The notes under the pieces were generated by a model that was given only the letters and a program-made list of their open reading frames with translations, searched no databases and had not been told where the DNA came from. From positions 139,252,001-139,316,000 of the forward strand of contig OZ024742.1 in NCBI GenBank assembly GCA_964016885.1: 64,000 nt of DNA. The letters run 5' to 3'. Shown here in pieces: positions 13,100-27,635 of the stretch. The stretch's first letter is position 1, and every line of letters starts with the position of its first letter. This DNA comes from Eledone cirrhosa. Its lineage: Eukaryota. The position numbers were made by a program, and so were the translations under genes.

Positions 13100-16000
13100 A
13101 TTTTAAATTGTTTAAACGGAAATTGTTAAAATATTTTTTTTTCTAAGGGAACATAAGGCATCTGTCTTTGTCCCGAAGAAGGGCTTCCCCTCAAACTATC
13201 AGACAGGTACGAAATCCAGGTAGTCAAAGAGGGCCAACGGCTGCACTGTTTCGTTTGTGGTAAAGCCACGCACCTGCAAGCCTTTTGCCCCCAGCTGAAA
13301 ACTGCAGGGGACCACAAACCTCCGGTGCTGGGACAAAAGACAACACCAGCACCAGCACCAGCACCAGCAATAGTAAAGGAAACAGCACCAGCAACAACAC
13401 CAACAAGGACCATTCAAACCACCGACGGAGTCACAAAACCCAGCTCTCCCTCTCCCCCTCTTTCAAACACAAACACACAGAACAACACTCACACCCCCGT
13501 AAACACACCCCCATGCCCTTCTGATACAGAATCCACAGACACCAGTTCCTCCTCATGCCCAATCAAAGATGAGGAGGAACCCCAAAAACCAAAAAAAGTA
13601 CAAAACCAGACAGAAAAATAAAAAAAGAATCCATCTTCAGACACACCAACAAGTACACAATATACACCCGCACAAACACAGACACACCTACAAGAACACC
13701 AACACCACAACCGTCAACAAAGACACTACCACCATCAACAACACTGACACAACCGCAAATCATGCGCCACAAAAGAAAACACGCAGACACCAACAACGAC
13801 AGACATACCCAACGTTGTGTTACTAAGGATGGCCAAATGAAAAAAAAATAATTATGGTTCTGTAACAGGAAGCAAGACATTGAGAAAGAGGGAAAGATAT
13901 TTGGCACCTGCACCTTCAAAGTGCCCCAGACACTGCATATGGTGCGGATGCCAATAAACACCTACAAAACAATAGAGAGGGTTATCCCGACCACGTGGGG
14001 ACTCCACATGCCGATCATATGGGAAGAATGTTTAAATGTCCGTGGCCTGGGGTCGTCCTGGAAGCAGGGTAGCCTGCTGAACGACCTCAGGTCATTAGAT
14101 ATGGATGCGATTGCCATCAGCGAGACCAGGATTAACGACACGCGTTCACTAGCACCCATTTTCAAATACTATCAGATCTTCGCATCTTTTAGTCGGCCAG
14201 GAATGGGAAGTGGTGTGGAAGGGCTGTTTAGGAAAAACCTGCATCTCGAGGTAATGTTGATCTTTCGGGTCCCGGACGGTAAGATGGTAGTCCTAGACGT
14301 AAACAATAACGAAGGTTGTGAGGTGGTGTCTTTAGACGGGTGGCAGGACTGGTGATGCCTAGAAGACTTTCTGAGAACGTCTCACTCATTACTGTTTGCG
14401 GCAGACTGGAACGGCATCTTAGACGCGCGCTGGGATTGTGTGAGAATAGCTGATGTGAGCGTGGGGTCCAAAAGCTTCAAGTATCTGATCAGCCAGTTCC
14501 AACTATCTGAGAGGTACCGACTAGATTTCCTTAATGTGCCAGTGTGAACCTGGACCAACAGCATAGGGTCATCTAGATCGTATACAGATAGGGTTTTATT
14601 AGGTCAATAGATAAGGATAGTATCGGTTGTCAATACTTTCAAACGGTCGCCTATTCTGCTCACAAGTTTGTCATTTGTATGGTTGACATAGATAAGACAC
14701 CGTCAACAACAGGTGAGAGATTAGAGTAATGTCGTTATGTTTTATCGTTAGGGAAAACTAGAAAGAAGGAGAAGCTGGTAGCTAAATTAAACGAGGCGAT
14801 TTGTAGTGGCATTGTAACTGATGTGCTAGCGGTGATAATGGCATTTGACCATTTCTTCAATGCGAAACGCGCAGATTGCATTGTCAGAGCCACGGTGCGT
14901 TTCTAAGAAACGATGGAACCAAAGCTATTAGATGTGCCCGCGTGGCAGAGGCGCAGCGTGGTAACAAAACTACAATTCGGTCTTTGACAGACCGAGACGA
15001 ACGCGAGCTATTCGATTCCATGTAGATGTGTAAAGCATTTAGCGAGCACTTTGCTCGGTTGTTCAATGGTAGTGGGGTGTTGGAGAGGGTGGAAGATTCC
15101 AGTCGCTACCTCAACGGTCTACCGCGTCTCTCGCCAGCCGATGCTAAGCGCTGCGAAAGGCCGATAACTGCAGCCGAGATTCGGCTGCACGAAGCGCAAG
15201 TCACCCGGTTTGGATGGTCTGCCCTACAAGCTTTGCATAGATTTACCTGACGTGTTCTCCGAACTCCTCGAAGGGCTCTACTGCAACTGGCAACAGAACG
15301 CGAGTGCTCCCAAATCCGAGGCGTAGTTGCGTTGATAAGGAAAGACGTGAACAAGAGCGATACATTAGACAACTTCAGACCCATAACTCTACTAAACATA
15401 GAGTTTAGCGAAGAGGTTGGCGCTTGTCGTCGAGGATATGGTAAGGGAGACGTAAACTTGTGCAATCCCGACCAGGTCCATACACGATACCCTCCACCTC
15501 ATATGATACATCATAGAGAGGGTAGGGTGTAAACCTGGCTTCGGTGGGGCTCTGATCACTTCAGATCAATCGAAAGCTTTTGATACGGTCGACCATCGAT
15601 ACCTGGAGGCTGACCTCAAAGCAGCTGGCTTCGGCCCCGTCTTCAGAGGCAGGATTGATGCAATGTGCAGCGACATCTGCTCGATGGTCAATGTTAATAG
15701 CCATCTTTCGGAACTGTTACAGATCTCTTGATCTGTTCGTCATTGGTGACACAAATGGTTGTTAATACGATGACTCGATGCTGCAACGCTTCGGCCAGAT
15801 TTAAAGGCATAAAGTCAACAGCCACAAAAAACGATTTAGATAGATCAATGTTGCTTCCCCTTTGACGGCGTAACAGAAAATGAGAAATGCACATTGTGCA
15901 TACGAATGTGACTTCTTATATATGTACGCATGCGCAACCTTCAATATTTCCAGAAAACTCTACCAAAGAACCTCGGAAATAGAAGTGGTTGGTACATGAC

Positions 16001-16430
16001 ATTTAACGGGATTAACTGGAAAGGTTGTTGGGATGGCAACTCAGCAGCTGGAGAGAAAATCCATGATGTTCAACAACATCATAGGACGGTGGACGGTCGA
16101 ATTGGTGAAATTGCTCGTTGTCAAGTTTGTCTAGATCTCCAGGAGGTTAAGAACTGGGACGGGGTAATGAGCAGGTTGACCACATTCATCCAGAAATGAA
16201 CCGAGGGGAAGCTATCACTAAAAGGGCGGGCAGAGTTTGCGAACACGTACGTCGCGTCCCTTATTTATCACCGCCTCACCGTCGAGTCTTTCACCTTTCA
16301 ACGCCTCAAAAAATTAAAGTACCAGCTCAGCAACTTCTTGTGGAAGAGTCAGGTTTCACTAGTGAGGCACTCCACCAGCACTCTCTGCGTGGAGGGCTGG
16401 GTTAGCTGTGGCTGATAGTCCGCAGACATA
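13100..16430 (+). mobile_element. Tx1/L1-clade LINE, decayed ORF1 and ORF2, within intron 1
   Basis: Zinc knuckle CFVCGKATHLQAFC (13247-13288). APE motifs CLNVRGL and DAIAISET. RT motifs SPGLDGLP, NFRPITLLN and DQSKAFDTVDH. Many stops and frameshifts. Confidence 0.85.
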
Positions 16431-16599
16431 ATGTGAGCCAGAGGAAGAAGACGTGTATATGCACATATATGTATACTTATGCATGCATAAACACACACAA
16501 AAACATACATACTGGCAAACACAGTCGCACAAAATACTCACAACACACAAACATGCATTGACACACACACAAAGTCACATATATGTACAATATGATAAT

Positions 16600-16783
16600 T
16601 GTTTCTACTATTGGCACAAGGCCAGAAATTACCCAGTACATTACTGGTACTTTATTTTATCGACCCCGTAAGGATGAAAGGCAAAGTTAACCTCGGCGGG
16701 ATTTGAACTCAGAATGGCAAGGGCCGTAACTCTATGCGTCAAAGCATGGCGTCCGACCCTCTACCGATACTGCCAATCCACCG
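16600..16783 (-). mobile_element. SINE with target-site duplication ATGATAAT
   Basis: Family consensus match; ATGATAAT at 16592-16599 and 16784-16791. Confidence 0.85.
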
Positions 16784-17327
16784 ATGATAATAAAATATAG
16801 TAAGTGTATGTAGAATTTGAAATGTTTGTGTAGTATACAGTATATAAATATAAGGAATGCCATTTCTGCTTAAATATCAGTCGATCTGTCTTATTTGAAC
16901 TAGACACTGTATATATATTTCTCAGTTTTCTAAAATATCATAGAATAGTAAGTTTTTTGATGAGCGAGTAAAGCAGTCATCGCTGTCTTTCAATAACGTT
17001 ATGGAGACTAAAATATATATAACCACGTAGAAAGATTTATTTTAGAGTAAGGCGTTACAACTAAACTATAAGGCCATCACATGTCTGAGTACAATATCGT
17101 ATCTTACGAAAGTCTTTTGTTTTATAAAACTTCTAAAATCATTATCTGTATGTATTTTTCATTAACTTGAGAACACAATAGAATTTATAAATAAATGAAA
17201 TGGTATTTCTCATAAAGTATTATTTGATTTGTCTCATTTGTAATTATTTAGAAGATATTGTATATAATTATTGCAACATCTGACATCATATTTTTAGATA
17301 GGTTATAAAAAAATGAAAAATATATAA

Positions 17328-18450
17328 TACTAGCTGAATTACCCGGCGTTGCCCGGGTTACTGATGTTCTTATTCAGATTAGTAAATAATAAATATGAAG
17401 ATATGTTGTCTTCTCATAATTATTGCAAAATATCTATATTTTATAAAAGAAAATGTGAAAATTTTAATGATAATAGAATTTAGAAATGAAAATCTGTCAA
17501 TCTTGAAGCACCTTAGCGTAAACAATATTCAACACTACATATTTATATGTATGTGTAGATGTGTGTGTATTTAATAACGTACCTAATGAATCCGCTCACA
17601 CCCACTCACACACATTCATATTTGTATAGAAAATATAGCGTCGCTGTGTTGTTTTCTATTATTTTAGTCCAAATGAAAATAAAAATTAACACACATACAC
17701 TCACACACAGATACCCTCACACATACACTTACACATACATACACTCTCACATACAGTCACTCACACATACACTCACATACATATACACTCTCACATACAC
17801 TCACACACTCTCACATACAATCATATACATATACTAAGACAGACACACACAGACATACATTCACGCACACCTGTCTTCCATCACATATGTATCTGTATGT
17901 GTAGATGTGTGTGTTTGTGTGTGTTTAATTCGATGAGGCCAAACGTTAAAATAAAAATTATCACACATACACTCACACACACTTACACTCACACGCATAT
18001 ACACTCTCACATACATATACTAAGACAGACACACACAGACATACAAGCACACACACCTATTACTTGTGTAGATGTGTGTGTGTGTGTTTGTTTGAGTGTG
18101 AAGATAATGTGTTTGCGGCTTACTAAGGCTATATGTATGTGTAGATGCGTGAGTGTGTTTAATATGCTGAGGCTTAACGTACGTAACGAACTCGCAAACA
18201 CACACACACATACACACATACACACATACACACTCATATACAAAATGTGACGCACCATCGTGGTGGTGGTAGTTCACTATAGTTCACTATAGAATAATTA
18301 TTTTAGATGAAATATTATTATTTAATCCAAAAGAAAAGAAAAATGACATGTTGACACACCCTGAGTCTAATACTATCCGTTTGAGAATGCATAGGAACAG
18401 ACTATCAGACAGACAGATAGGCAGAGCGACAAAGAATTTTATGTAGATAG
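17328..18450 (+). mobile_element. Non-autonomous Helentron/HINE-like element
   Basis: Starts TACTAGCTGAATTACCCGGCGTTGCCCGGG (hairpin), has internal CA-rich subrepeats and (CAGA)n near the end. This architecture is known for DINE-1/Lep1-type elements. Confidence 0.5.
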
Positions 18451-18530
18451 AGATATATTAATAAATGTTCTAATAGACATGAAGTAATTTTTCATTATTA
18501 ACACAATAATATATATGTATGTATTTACAG

Positions 18531-18542
18531 AAACTGGAACTA
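18531..18542 (+). pseudogene. Diverged micro-exon homolog with weak or lost donor
   Basis: GTATTTACAG|AAACTGGAACTA|GTTTTCATGA. The upstream ~80 nt aligns with the intron preceding C-type exons. Confidence 0.4.
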
Positions 18543-18673
18543 GTTTTCATGACACATTAATACATTTCTCTTTCCACATATATAAAGGATATTAGAAACA
18601 TAAAATGCACCTTTGAATTCATTGATCCATTAATATATTTTAATAAAACAAAAGAATTGCTTAATAAAATGTC

Positions 18674-18775
<102 letters not shown>

Positions 18776-19915
18776 AAATAAAGTAATTAAGTCAAATATT
18801 TAAAATTTGGCTTCGTTTATTAAAGATGTACTGCTATATATATTTCGGTGACAGCCATCATTGGCTGTGACCTCTTCAGGCAGTGCGAATTGGTGTGGTA
18901 GAGACAGGTACACATGTTGTTAAAGTGTTTTGCTCCGTCAATACTCCGATATTTCCAGCTCCTTGTTGGATTTAAAAATCATTGTCTGTGACCTGTTTAG
19001 GTAGTCCGAATTGGTGTGGTAGAGACAAGTACACATGTTGTTAAAGTGTTTTGCTCCGTCAATACTCTGATATGTCCAGCTCCTGGTTGGGTTATATATA
19101 TATATATATCACATAAGAAACAGAGAATAAGTGGTGCGACGAATTAAAATTCCATTTGGAAACTCTGCATCGAAAGATTGAGACGTATCTGAGGATCTGG
19201 CGATTTCAGAGTCAGGTTCAATCATCGCATCGATTGTGCCTCGAGCTGGTCGCCAGAGAAACGATTGTAATATGTCTAATAAATGTTACTTCGTCGCACC
19301 ACTGATTCTTCCAATTTTCAGACTTTTAATATAAACAACTACAAAAAACAATCAATATTAAATAAATATATTTTACATAATAATTGTTATAGTCGAATTA
19401 ATAAAAATTAAATATTACATACAAATAGTCTAACATAATAACAAAAAAATAATCTAACATAGTAATAATAAAATAATCTAACATAAAATGAACAATAATA
19501 TGGACAAATATACAAGTAAATATGGTACAACCAATATTATAAGCAGGTTATAACGAACTGAAAAAAAAAATAGTTAATATAAATTAAAAAAATCATATAT
19601 AAATTAACAATATAACTTACCAAAACGAGAAAAATATTTTGATGATAAAACGACGAAATACAAGAGGAAGATTCGAAATCGAAACGATAAATAAACGTGG
19701 AAGCAAAGTGGCGGATGCTTTTGAGCAACAATTACTCTCATTGGTTGATTAGCCAATAAGACGATGAAATTAGCCAATAAGACGATACATTACAAAATAT
19801 GTTTGGGGGGGATCACTACGGCCAGCGAAACCCTTTGAATATTTTATTCACAAGCTACGCATATATGTCAGAACACGCAGACTTAAAACATTCTGTTGTT
19901 AGTCACTGCGTGTCT

Positions 19916-20054
<139 letters not shown>

Positions 20055-20102
20055 ATATATATAAGGAATTCATATCTAGTAACATCTATATACACACAGA
20101 TG

Positions 20103-20649
20103 CATATCAATGCTAGCAAATATATAGGTTTTGTCTTATTAACAATGTGGTTCAATGCATGGGGTTGCAGAACAATAATATGAGAGACGTACAATAAGAA
20201 AATTATAAAATTAACTTACTTACTAAAAAATCACTTCCAACTAATTAGTTTCTGGAATGGAGTAAATATATTTTCAGAAGAAACATATAGAAAATCATTC
20301 CGTCATCAGGAAAGTCTTTTTCCGTATAGGTCTCCAGGCATAGCGAGGACACTGGAAACTTATTAAAAAAATAATTCAGTGGAATGGAAATAGCGAAGCG
20401 TGGACTGGATTACAAGCCATTGAGAAAATCACTGCCTCTACGTCTGTGGCAAATTCAAAAAGAATCAATCACGTGACATCGAGGTCAATCAGTGGAAAGC
20501 GAGTGGTTATTAAGACAGCGGCCAGCTTACTACCATAGTAGCAGTCATAGCCAAATATTGCTCGACAAATGAATTATTGTTCTGCAACCCCATGCATTGA
20601 ACCACACTGTTAATAAGACAAAACCTATATATTTGCTAGCATTGATATG
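20103..20649. repeat. ~77 bp inverted repeat enclosing ~395 bp
   Basis: 20103-20178 is the reverse complement of 20573-20649, with about one mismatch. Confidence 0.85.
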
Positions 20650-20689
20650 GACACACTTGAAGGGGAAGACCAATGTTAACGTATGTTGA

Positions 20690-20910
20690 TGCCCTAAGGA
20701 CAGACACTGGTCTGTTGGAGACGCAGGACATAGCAGCGATGATGAGGGACAGAGACCGTTGGAGAGAACTCATCCATGGATCTCGGGAATTTTACCCGCC
20801 CTAGAGAATATATATATATTGTCAAAGACCGAAACAAAAACAAGGAAGCACTTTGGATCAAACGCCTAGGGCCACAATTAAACAACCGAACCGAGGGAAG
20901 CGAAATAAGG
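20690..20910 (+). mobile_element. Penelope GIY-YIG C-terminal fragment
   Basis: Reads KEALWIKRLGPQLN from 20842. Confidence 0.5.
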
Positions 20911-21876
20911 TGGTTGGTTTAAGTTAACAAACAATGCAGCAACACACGCACACACACACACAAGCGAGACAGCAACACACGTACACATACACACACACAC
21001 ACACAGTAGCATTCCACCATACGAACATACTACACTGCCAATACAGAGGAACAAGGCAACAACACACGCACAGACACACACACTCAAGCGAGACAACAAC
21101 ACACGCACACACACACAGTAACATTCAACAAACAGGCAGAGAATGGACTGACAGCTAGCGCCAACCCACTCCTACAATTGAAAGAACTACTTCGGCCGCT
21201 GACCTCTGCCTGACCGACCCTATTTCACGCGCACGCGCGCTCTGCTGAATGGCTCAGATATTCAAAACAACGAACAGCGGAGGACACGTTTCGATCCTTT
21301 CCGACAGACAACCTTTCCCCACCCCGGAAAAAACCCCAGTTGATGGATGTGAATCCGAAATATAGATGGACAATTAAATTTCTCCCAAGGTTTTTATCCT
21401 TTACGTTCTTTCCTTCATTCCTCTACACGCCATGTACACGCCACGCAGCTCAACGTACACGCACTTACATCTCTTTCTCCACCACCGGATCTTGTTACCC
21501 GGAGATTTACCCATCTGCATTGTCGAGGCTTCCAAACGATTTAAAGAAATATATATATGATATTAAATAATAGTAAGTGTAAGTAGAATTTTAAAACGTA
21601 TACTTTACACACTATATATATATTTCTCTGTTTTCTTCAAAAAGAAATTGTTTGTCAATATATATGCGGTAAATTGATATATCATTTAATAAAATCGACG
21701 TTATTATTCCTAAAATTATATTGATTTCATCAATATGTATTAGATAGCAAATGTATAGAAGCTAGGACTTCCATTAAACTATATATGTTTATATAATATA
21801 CTATTTATAAATGAAAGGAATGCTATTTCTGATACAATATCAGTCGATCTGTCTTATTTGAATTTCTTTAGTACAT

Positions 21877-22065
21877 AATTGTTTCTACTTTTGGCACAAG
21901 GCCAGCAATTACCCAGTGCATTACTGGTACTTTATTTTATCGACCCCCTAAGGATGAAAGGCAAAGTTAACCTCGGCGGGATTTGAAATCAGAGTGGCAA
22001 GGGCCGTAACTCTATTCATCAAAGCATGGCGTCCAACCTTGTACGGATACTGCCAATCCACCGCC
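21877..22065 (-). mobile_element. SINE with TSD ATTTCTTTAGTAC (also at ~23112-23300 and 28477-28665)
   Basis: Family consensus flanked by a direct repeat; an empty site is seen at ~49628. Confidence 0.85.
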
Positions 22066-22246
22066 ATTTCTTTAGTACATAATGTTAAGAATTATCGTAA
22101 CTCTCAATATTATATATTGAACTGGTGTAGGAAATAATGAAAATGATATAGTATATATATATATATAAATAGATGAATGATCCAAAAGACAAGAATAAAT
22201 TGCTAATTATTAACATTATAATATATTTGTGTGTCTTTATTTACAG

Positions 22247-22270
22247 CGGGTGTTGCAGGTGGAAATCAAC
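22247..22270 (+). CDS. Micro-exon A1, 24 nt, (A)GVAGGNQ
   Basis: TATTTACAG|CGGGTGTTGCAGGTGGAAATCAAC|GTAAGTA. Confidence 0.75.
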
Positions 22271-23427
22271 GTAAGTACTCATGAAATATTAATACAAATT
22301 TTAGTCCATATATATAATTTATTTTCGAATCATATCAAGTAACTTTGATACATTGATATCTTTTATAAAGCAGAAAAGAATTGCTTTAAAAAATTAATAA
22401 TGCAGCTAACGATAACAGAAGCCGAAATGTTTATGCTGGTCTTCTCTATGAGATTTACATAAACATGCCAGACTTGTTCTCCTATGTCTGCCGCAATTGG
22501 CAGTTAAAGAGGAAAATTCCCTGTTCTGTGAATCGAGGTGTAGGAAAGCTGATAACGACAAGGACGATGGGCATGTCAGATAATTTCCAGCCAATAAATG
22601 TGCTTAACACACAGTTCAATATAAGGAAAAGGTTGCTAGCAACGAGCTTGGCGTTAGATGTCGAGATTCTGTTACAGGAGGCGGAGACTCCACCTCATGC
22701 GATACATCATAGAGTAAGGATTGGGACGAGGTAGCATAGACACACACATACATACACTGAGGCATATATATATTTATATATATATATATATATGATATTA
22801 AATAACGGTAAGTGTAAGTAGAATTTTAAAACGTATACTTTACACACTATATATATATTTCTCTGTTTTCTTCAAAAAGAAATTGTTTGTCAATATATAT
22901 GCGGTAAATTGATATATCATTTAATAAAATCGACGTTATTAGTTCTATAATTATATTAATTTCATCAATATGTATTAGATAGCAAATGTATAGAAGCTAG
23001 GACTTCGATTAAACTATATATGTTTATACAATATACTATTTATAAATGAAAGGAATGCTATTTCTGATACAATATCAGTCGATCTGTCTTATTTGAATTT
23101 CTTTAGTACATAATTGTTTCTACTTTTGGCACAAGGCCAGCAATTACCCAGTGCATTACTAGTACATTATTTTATCGACCCCCTAAGGATGAAAGGCAAA
23201 GTTAACCTGGGCGGGATTTGAACTCAGAATGGCAAGGGCCGTAACTCTATTCATCAAAGTATGGCGTCCAACCCTCTACGGATACTGCCAATCCACCGCC
23301 ATTTCTTTAGTACTTAATGTTAAGAATTATCGTAACTTTCAATAATATATATTGAACTGGTATTATAAAAAATAAACAAATTAATGTTTAATCATTACAA
23401 TAATAAGATATATCTCTGTATTTACAG

Positions 23428-23451
23428 CTGCTACTACCGTTGAAAGTACAA
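23428..23451 (+). CDS. Micro-exon B1, 24 nt, (P)ATTVEST
   Basis: TATTTACAG|CTGCTACTACCGTTGAAAGTACAA|GTAAGTA. Confidence 0.8.
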
Positions 23452-23586
23452 GTAAGTAATCATTATATAACAATACACATATTTTGTCCATATGAATTAT
23501 TTTACAAGGATAGCAAGCAAATTTATATTCGTTGGTCGATTACAATCTTTGAAAAATCAAATAAGGATTACTTTATAAAATGTATA

Positions 23587-23850
23587 ATGAAGCTAATGAT
23601 AACAGAAGCTGAAATACTTGAAGCCCTCAGCGGCTGTACGATGAACATACAACCCGGCTACGGTGGTCTCCTCTATGCGGTTTACATAGACATGTTAGAA
23701 ATGTTTTGCAATGATTATGATAGTCTTCTCTATGAGTTTAACGTAGACATGCTAGACTTGTTCTTGACACTCCTTCAACCTGCCTGCAGCACAAAGCATT
23801 AATACAGGGAATTTCTCTGTTCTGTAATTCGGGGCGTAGTAAAGGTGATA
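23587..23850 (+). mobile_element. Tx1-like RT remnant in the intron after B exons (recurs at ~28950, 33110, 36671, 40343, 45019, 50873, 55760, 61138)
   Basis: ITEAEILEALSGC...SPGYGGLLY resembles the I/TxxEI...KSPGxDGL motif and the LINE at ~15160-15230. Confidence 0.7.
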
Positions 23851-23929
23851 TATATTAATAAATGATCTAAAAGATATTATTTAATTTTTCATTATCACTG
23901 TAATGATATATATTTATCTGTATTTACAT

Positions 23930-23947
23930 CGGCTGCTTCTACTAAAC
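23930..23947 (+). pseudogene. 18-nt C-type pseudo-exon (acceptor AT, donor AT)
   Basis: TATTTACAT|CGGCTGCTTCTACTAAAC|ATAAGTA. Confidence 0.7.
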
Positions 23948-25232
23948 ATAAGTACTCATGATATAATAATATTTATTTTTGTCCATAAAGATAAATTATG
24001 TTTGTTACAAGCATAGCAGGTAAATTTACAGTCATTGATTTGTTACTACCTTTGATAAATCAGAAAAGAATTGTTTTATGAAATGTTTAATGAAACTTAC
24101 TATAACAGAAACTGAAATATTTGCACACCTGGCCGGTTGATCAAGTGGCAAATCACCCGGTTACGATGGCCTCCTTTCTGAGGTTTACATAGACAAGCTA
24201 AACTTATTCTCCGATGGTTATGATGGTCTCCTCTATGAGGTTTAATCAGACATGCTTGATTTGTTCTGGGCATGATCCAGAGAAGTCAGTATGTCTCCAG
24301 CTCACTGCTTGAGTGTCAAATCCATGCAGTTCAACTGCTTTGACAAACACTGGACGGACGGGACAATGACATTTGTTTGGGTCGTCTGGTTTTGTCTACA
24401 CCTCCAGGTGGTTAAGGACTGGGATGAGGTAGCATGGATATACACATGAGGTAGCATGGAGGCATTGTTTTTATATGCACTCTTTTTTCCTGCTATTAAT
24501 TCTGTCTCTCACTCTTTTAAGTTGTGAAATAGACTGGTTAGCTACGCACGCAGCTGACACATTTCAGCTCGCTACTATATTGCTATATAATGGATGATCG
24601 CATTTAAAGTCCGTTAAAGGTTCTTGGCACTACCATTGTTACCATCGCTTTCCTCTAGCCTTGGAGACATGAACCGAATGCTACCATTCTATTTTATATC
24701 AATGTGAACTGCTATTTCTAATGGCCATCTTCTGATCCTTTGATAATTTATGTGTGCGACACGTTGGCTGAGTTCTTCTGACAGGAAAGAAAAGATTGAT
24801 TCTGTTTAGCTTCCTGTCCCCACGTAAAATTTGTAAATCAGTGGCTAGTTGAGAGATAGAGTCCTATCGGTTGCCAGTTGCTAATAGCTTTACCGTGTCA
24901 GACGTCACAAACAGTCATGGCCGGCATAGACTGGTCTTAGGATTCTGTCGATCGATTGGTTATTGATTAGGCGATACCCGCTGATCAAGCTGCATAAGCC
25001 GATTGTGCATTGTTGCATAATATATGCAGACAGATGGTGCAGTGCACCTTATTGGTGCCTTAGTGCGGTAGAAACTCGAGTCCGGGAACCTTATAGGCAC
25101 CCGTTTTAAGTGCGTTGTGTTGAAGCAAATAATTTGTGTATACTCTGGGAATGTATCTTACATTGCCCATGGAGTGCGCTGAGATACAACCGGTACTGGC
25201 ATTGATAAATATGCTGGGTCCGTCAACCCTTG

Positions 25233-25300
<68 letters not shown>

Positions 25301-25307
<7 letters not shown>

Positions 25308-25420
25308 TAACAGATTAAAGTTTAAGCAAAGAATCGCTGCTTTCACCCTTAACGGGATCATCGGAAACTTAAGGGTGAAAGCAGCGATTCTTTGCTTAAA
25401 CTTTAATCTGTTATTTTAAT
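25301..25420. repeat. Hairpin 1: 52 bp arms, 16 nt loop (about 10 copies in the array)
   Basis: ATTAAAATAACAG...CCCTTAA / TTAAGGG...CTGTTATTTTAAT. Further copies at ~30676, 34807, 38388, 42033, 43012, 46712, 47846, 59459, 62846. Confidence 0.9.
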
Positions 25421-25524
25421 AAATATTTGCTCTACGGTTCTTATATATTTGATATATATTTATCCTTATCGAGCCCTCTTTGGATTTTAGTCTTCAAGTT
25501 TATTATTATTACTATATATATATA

Positions 25525-25558
<34 letters not shown>

Positions 25559-25564
<6 letters not shown>

Positions 25565-25656
25565 AATACTTTGGGAGGGTCATGTTGCCAATAAGAAACA
25601 CACGCACGTGCGTGTGTTTCTTATTGGCAACATGACCCTCCCAAAATATTACAATA
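25559..25656. repeat. Palindrome 2: 98 bp, no loop (about 9 copies)
   Basis: Centred on GCAC|GTGC at 25607/25608, one mismatch. Further copies at ~30946, 35060, 38686, 42346, 43322, 47028, 48118, 63112. Confidence 0.9.
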
Positions 25657-25703
25657 GCGGTTTCAACACACGTTTTCAGAATCTTGCTAAACAAATTCAG
25701 AAA

Positions 25704-25835
<132 letters not shown>

Positions 25836-25836
25836 A

Positions 25837-25868
<32 letters not shown>

Positions 25869-26978
25869 CATACATATATATATATATATATAGATATATA
25901 TATACATACATATATATATATATATGTGTGTGTAATTATGTATGTAATTCGTCGACGACTAAAGCTGCAACCCCACCAAGTTTACTTGGTGAGGAGGGTG
26001 ATTTTGGATACCCTGCAGGACAAAAAACAAAACCTAGCAAAGGGCGGAAGAACCCTTAAGAGTCAACAGCCATCCAAAAATGTGTAAATATGTCTATACA
26101 TATATATGTATATGTAAATCTGTATATGCATGTGTGCATGTATATGTATATGTGAGGGGACATAGAAATTGTCGGGCTGGATACGATATCGCGCGGTTAA
26201 ACCCCTGGGAGTGAAGGACCACTAGTCTTTGTCACGGCATTCTTCTAGGAAAAGGCAACTCAGGAAACTGGGATAACTCCGACATAAAACCTGCGGCTCA
26301 GTAGTTGCCGATGATGTTGATCTTTTCTTCTTTTCGGGTTATAGCTACTGTCGCTCAGAGAATGGGATTGGCTCAGTGCACAGTATTTCCTCACTTTAAA
26401 AAATATCTTCACGCACACGCATTGCACAATGGTATTAATTAATAATTATTAATAATGTTATATCGTGCAATGGCCATACTCGATAACAAGGGGGCAGCCA
26501 TCATGTATGTATATGATATTAAATAACAGTAAGTATAAGTAGAATTTTAAAACGTATACTTTACACACTATATATATATTGCTCAGTTTTCTAAAATGTC
26601 GCACAATAGTAAGTCTGTCGAGTGAGTAAAGTAGTCATTGTTGATTTCTAATCACGTTCTGGAGACTAAAATATATATAATGACTTAGGGAGATAATTTT
26701 CTTGAGTAGGTAAGGCGTAATAACGAAATATAAGGCCATATAATGTACCTTCGAATATATTCATTCATTAATATCGTTTATAAAACAGAAAAGAATTGCT
26801 TAATTAAATGTTGTATATATATATATGCGGTAAATTGATATATCATTTAATAATAAGACTGACGATATTAGTTCTAAAATTATATTAATTACATCATCTG
26901 TATTAGATAGCAAATGTATAGAAGCTAGGACTTCCATAAACTATACATGTTTCTGAAATATATTATTGATAAATGAAA

Positions 26979-27430
26979 GCGGTGGATTGGCAGTATCGGT
27001 AGGGGGTCGGAAGCCATGCTTTGAAGCATAGAGTTACGGCCCTTGCCGTTCTGAGTTCACACCCCCACCTAGGTTAACTTTGCCTTTCAACCTTACGGGC
27101 TCGATAAAATAAAGTACCAGTAATGTACAGGATAATTGCTGGCCTTGTGCCAAAAGTAGAAACAATTATTTATAAATGAAAGGAATGCTATTTCTGATAC
27201 AATATCAGTCGATCTGTCTTATTTGAATTTCTTTAGTACATAATTGTTTCTACTTTTGGCACAAGGCCAGCAATTACCCAGTGCATTACTGGTACTTTAT
27301 TTTATCGACCCCCTAAGGATGAAAGGCAAAGTTAACCTCGGCGGGATTTGAAATCAGAGTGGCAAGGGCCGTAACTCTATTCATCAAAGCATGGCGTCCA
27401 ACCTTGTACGGATACTGCCAATCCACCGCC
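26979..27430. mobile_element. Tail-to-tail SINE pair (+ 26979-27166, - 27242-27430)
   Basis: Two family copies in opposite orientation about 75 nt apart. Confidence 0.85.
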
Positions 27431-27611
27431 ATTTCTTTAGTACATAATGTTAAGAATTATCGTAACTCTCAATATTATATATTGAACTGGTGTAGGAAAT
27501 AATGAAAATGATATAGTATATATATATATATAAATAGATGAATGATCCAAAAGACAAGAATAAATTGCTAATTATTAACATTATAATATATTTGTGTGTC
27601 TTTATTTACAG

Positions 27612-27635
27612 CGGGTGTTGCAGGTGGAAATCAAC
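27612..27635 (+). CDS. Micro-exon A2, 24 nt, (T)GVAGGNQ
   Basis: Identical to A1, with intact AG/GTAAGT. Confidence 0.7.

Noticed and set aside
13325-13621. Pro/Thr-rich ORF as part of the mucin-like gene
   Set aside because: It directly follows the CCHC knuckle and belongs to LINE ORF1.
19122-19309. Short inverted ends AGTGGTGCGACGAA / TTCGTCGCACCACT (MITE-like)
   Set aside because: Single copy with no clear TSD, too little to classify.
26510-26540. Recurrent orphan donor-like motif ATTAAATAACA|GTAAGT in most units
   Set aside because: No matching acceptor or clean phase-1 exon upstream; at most a relic.
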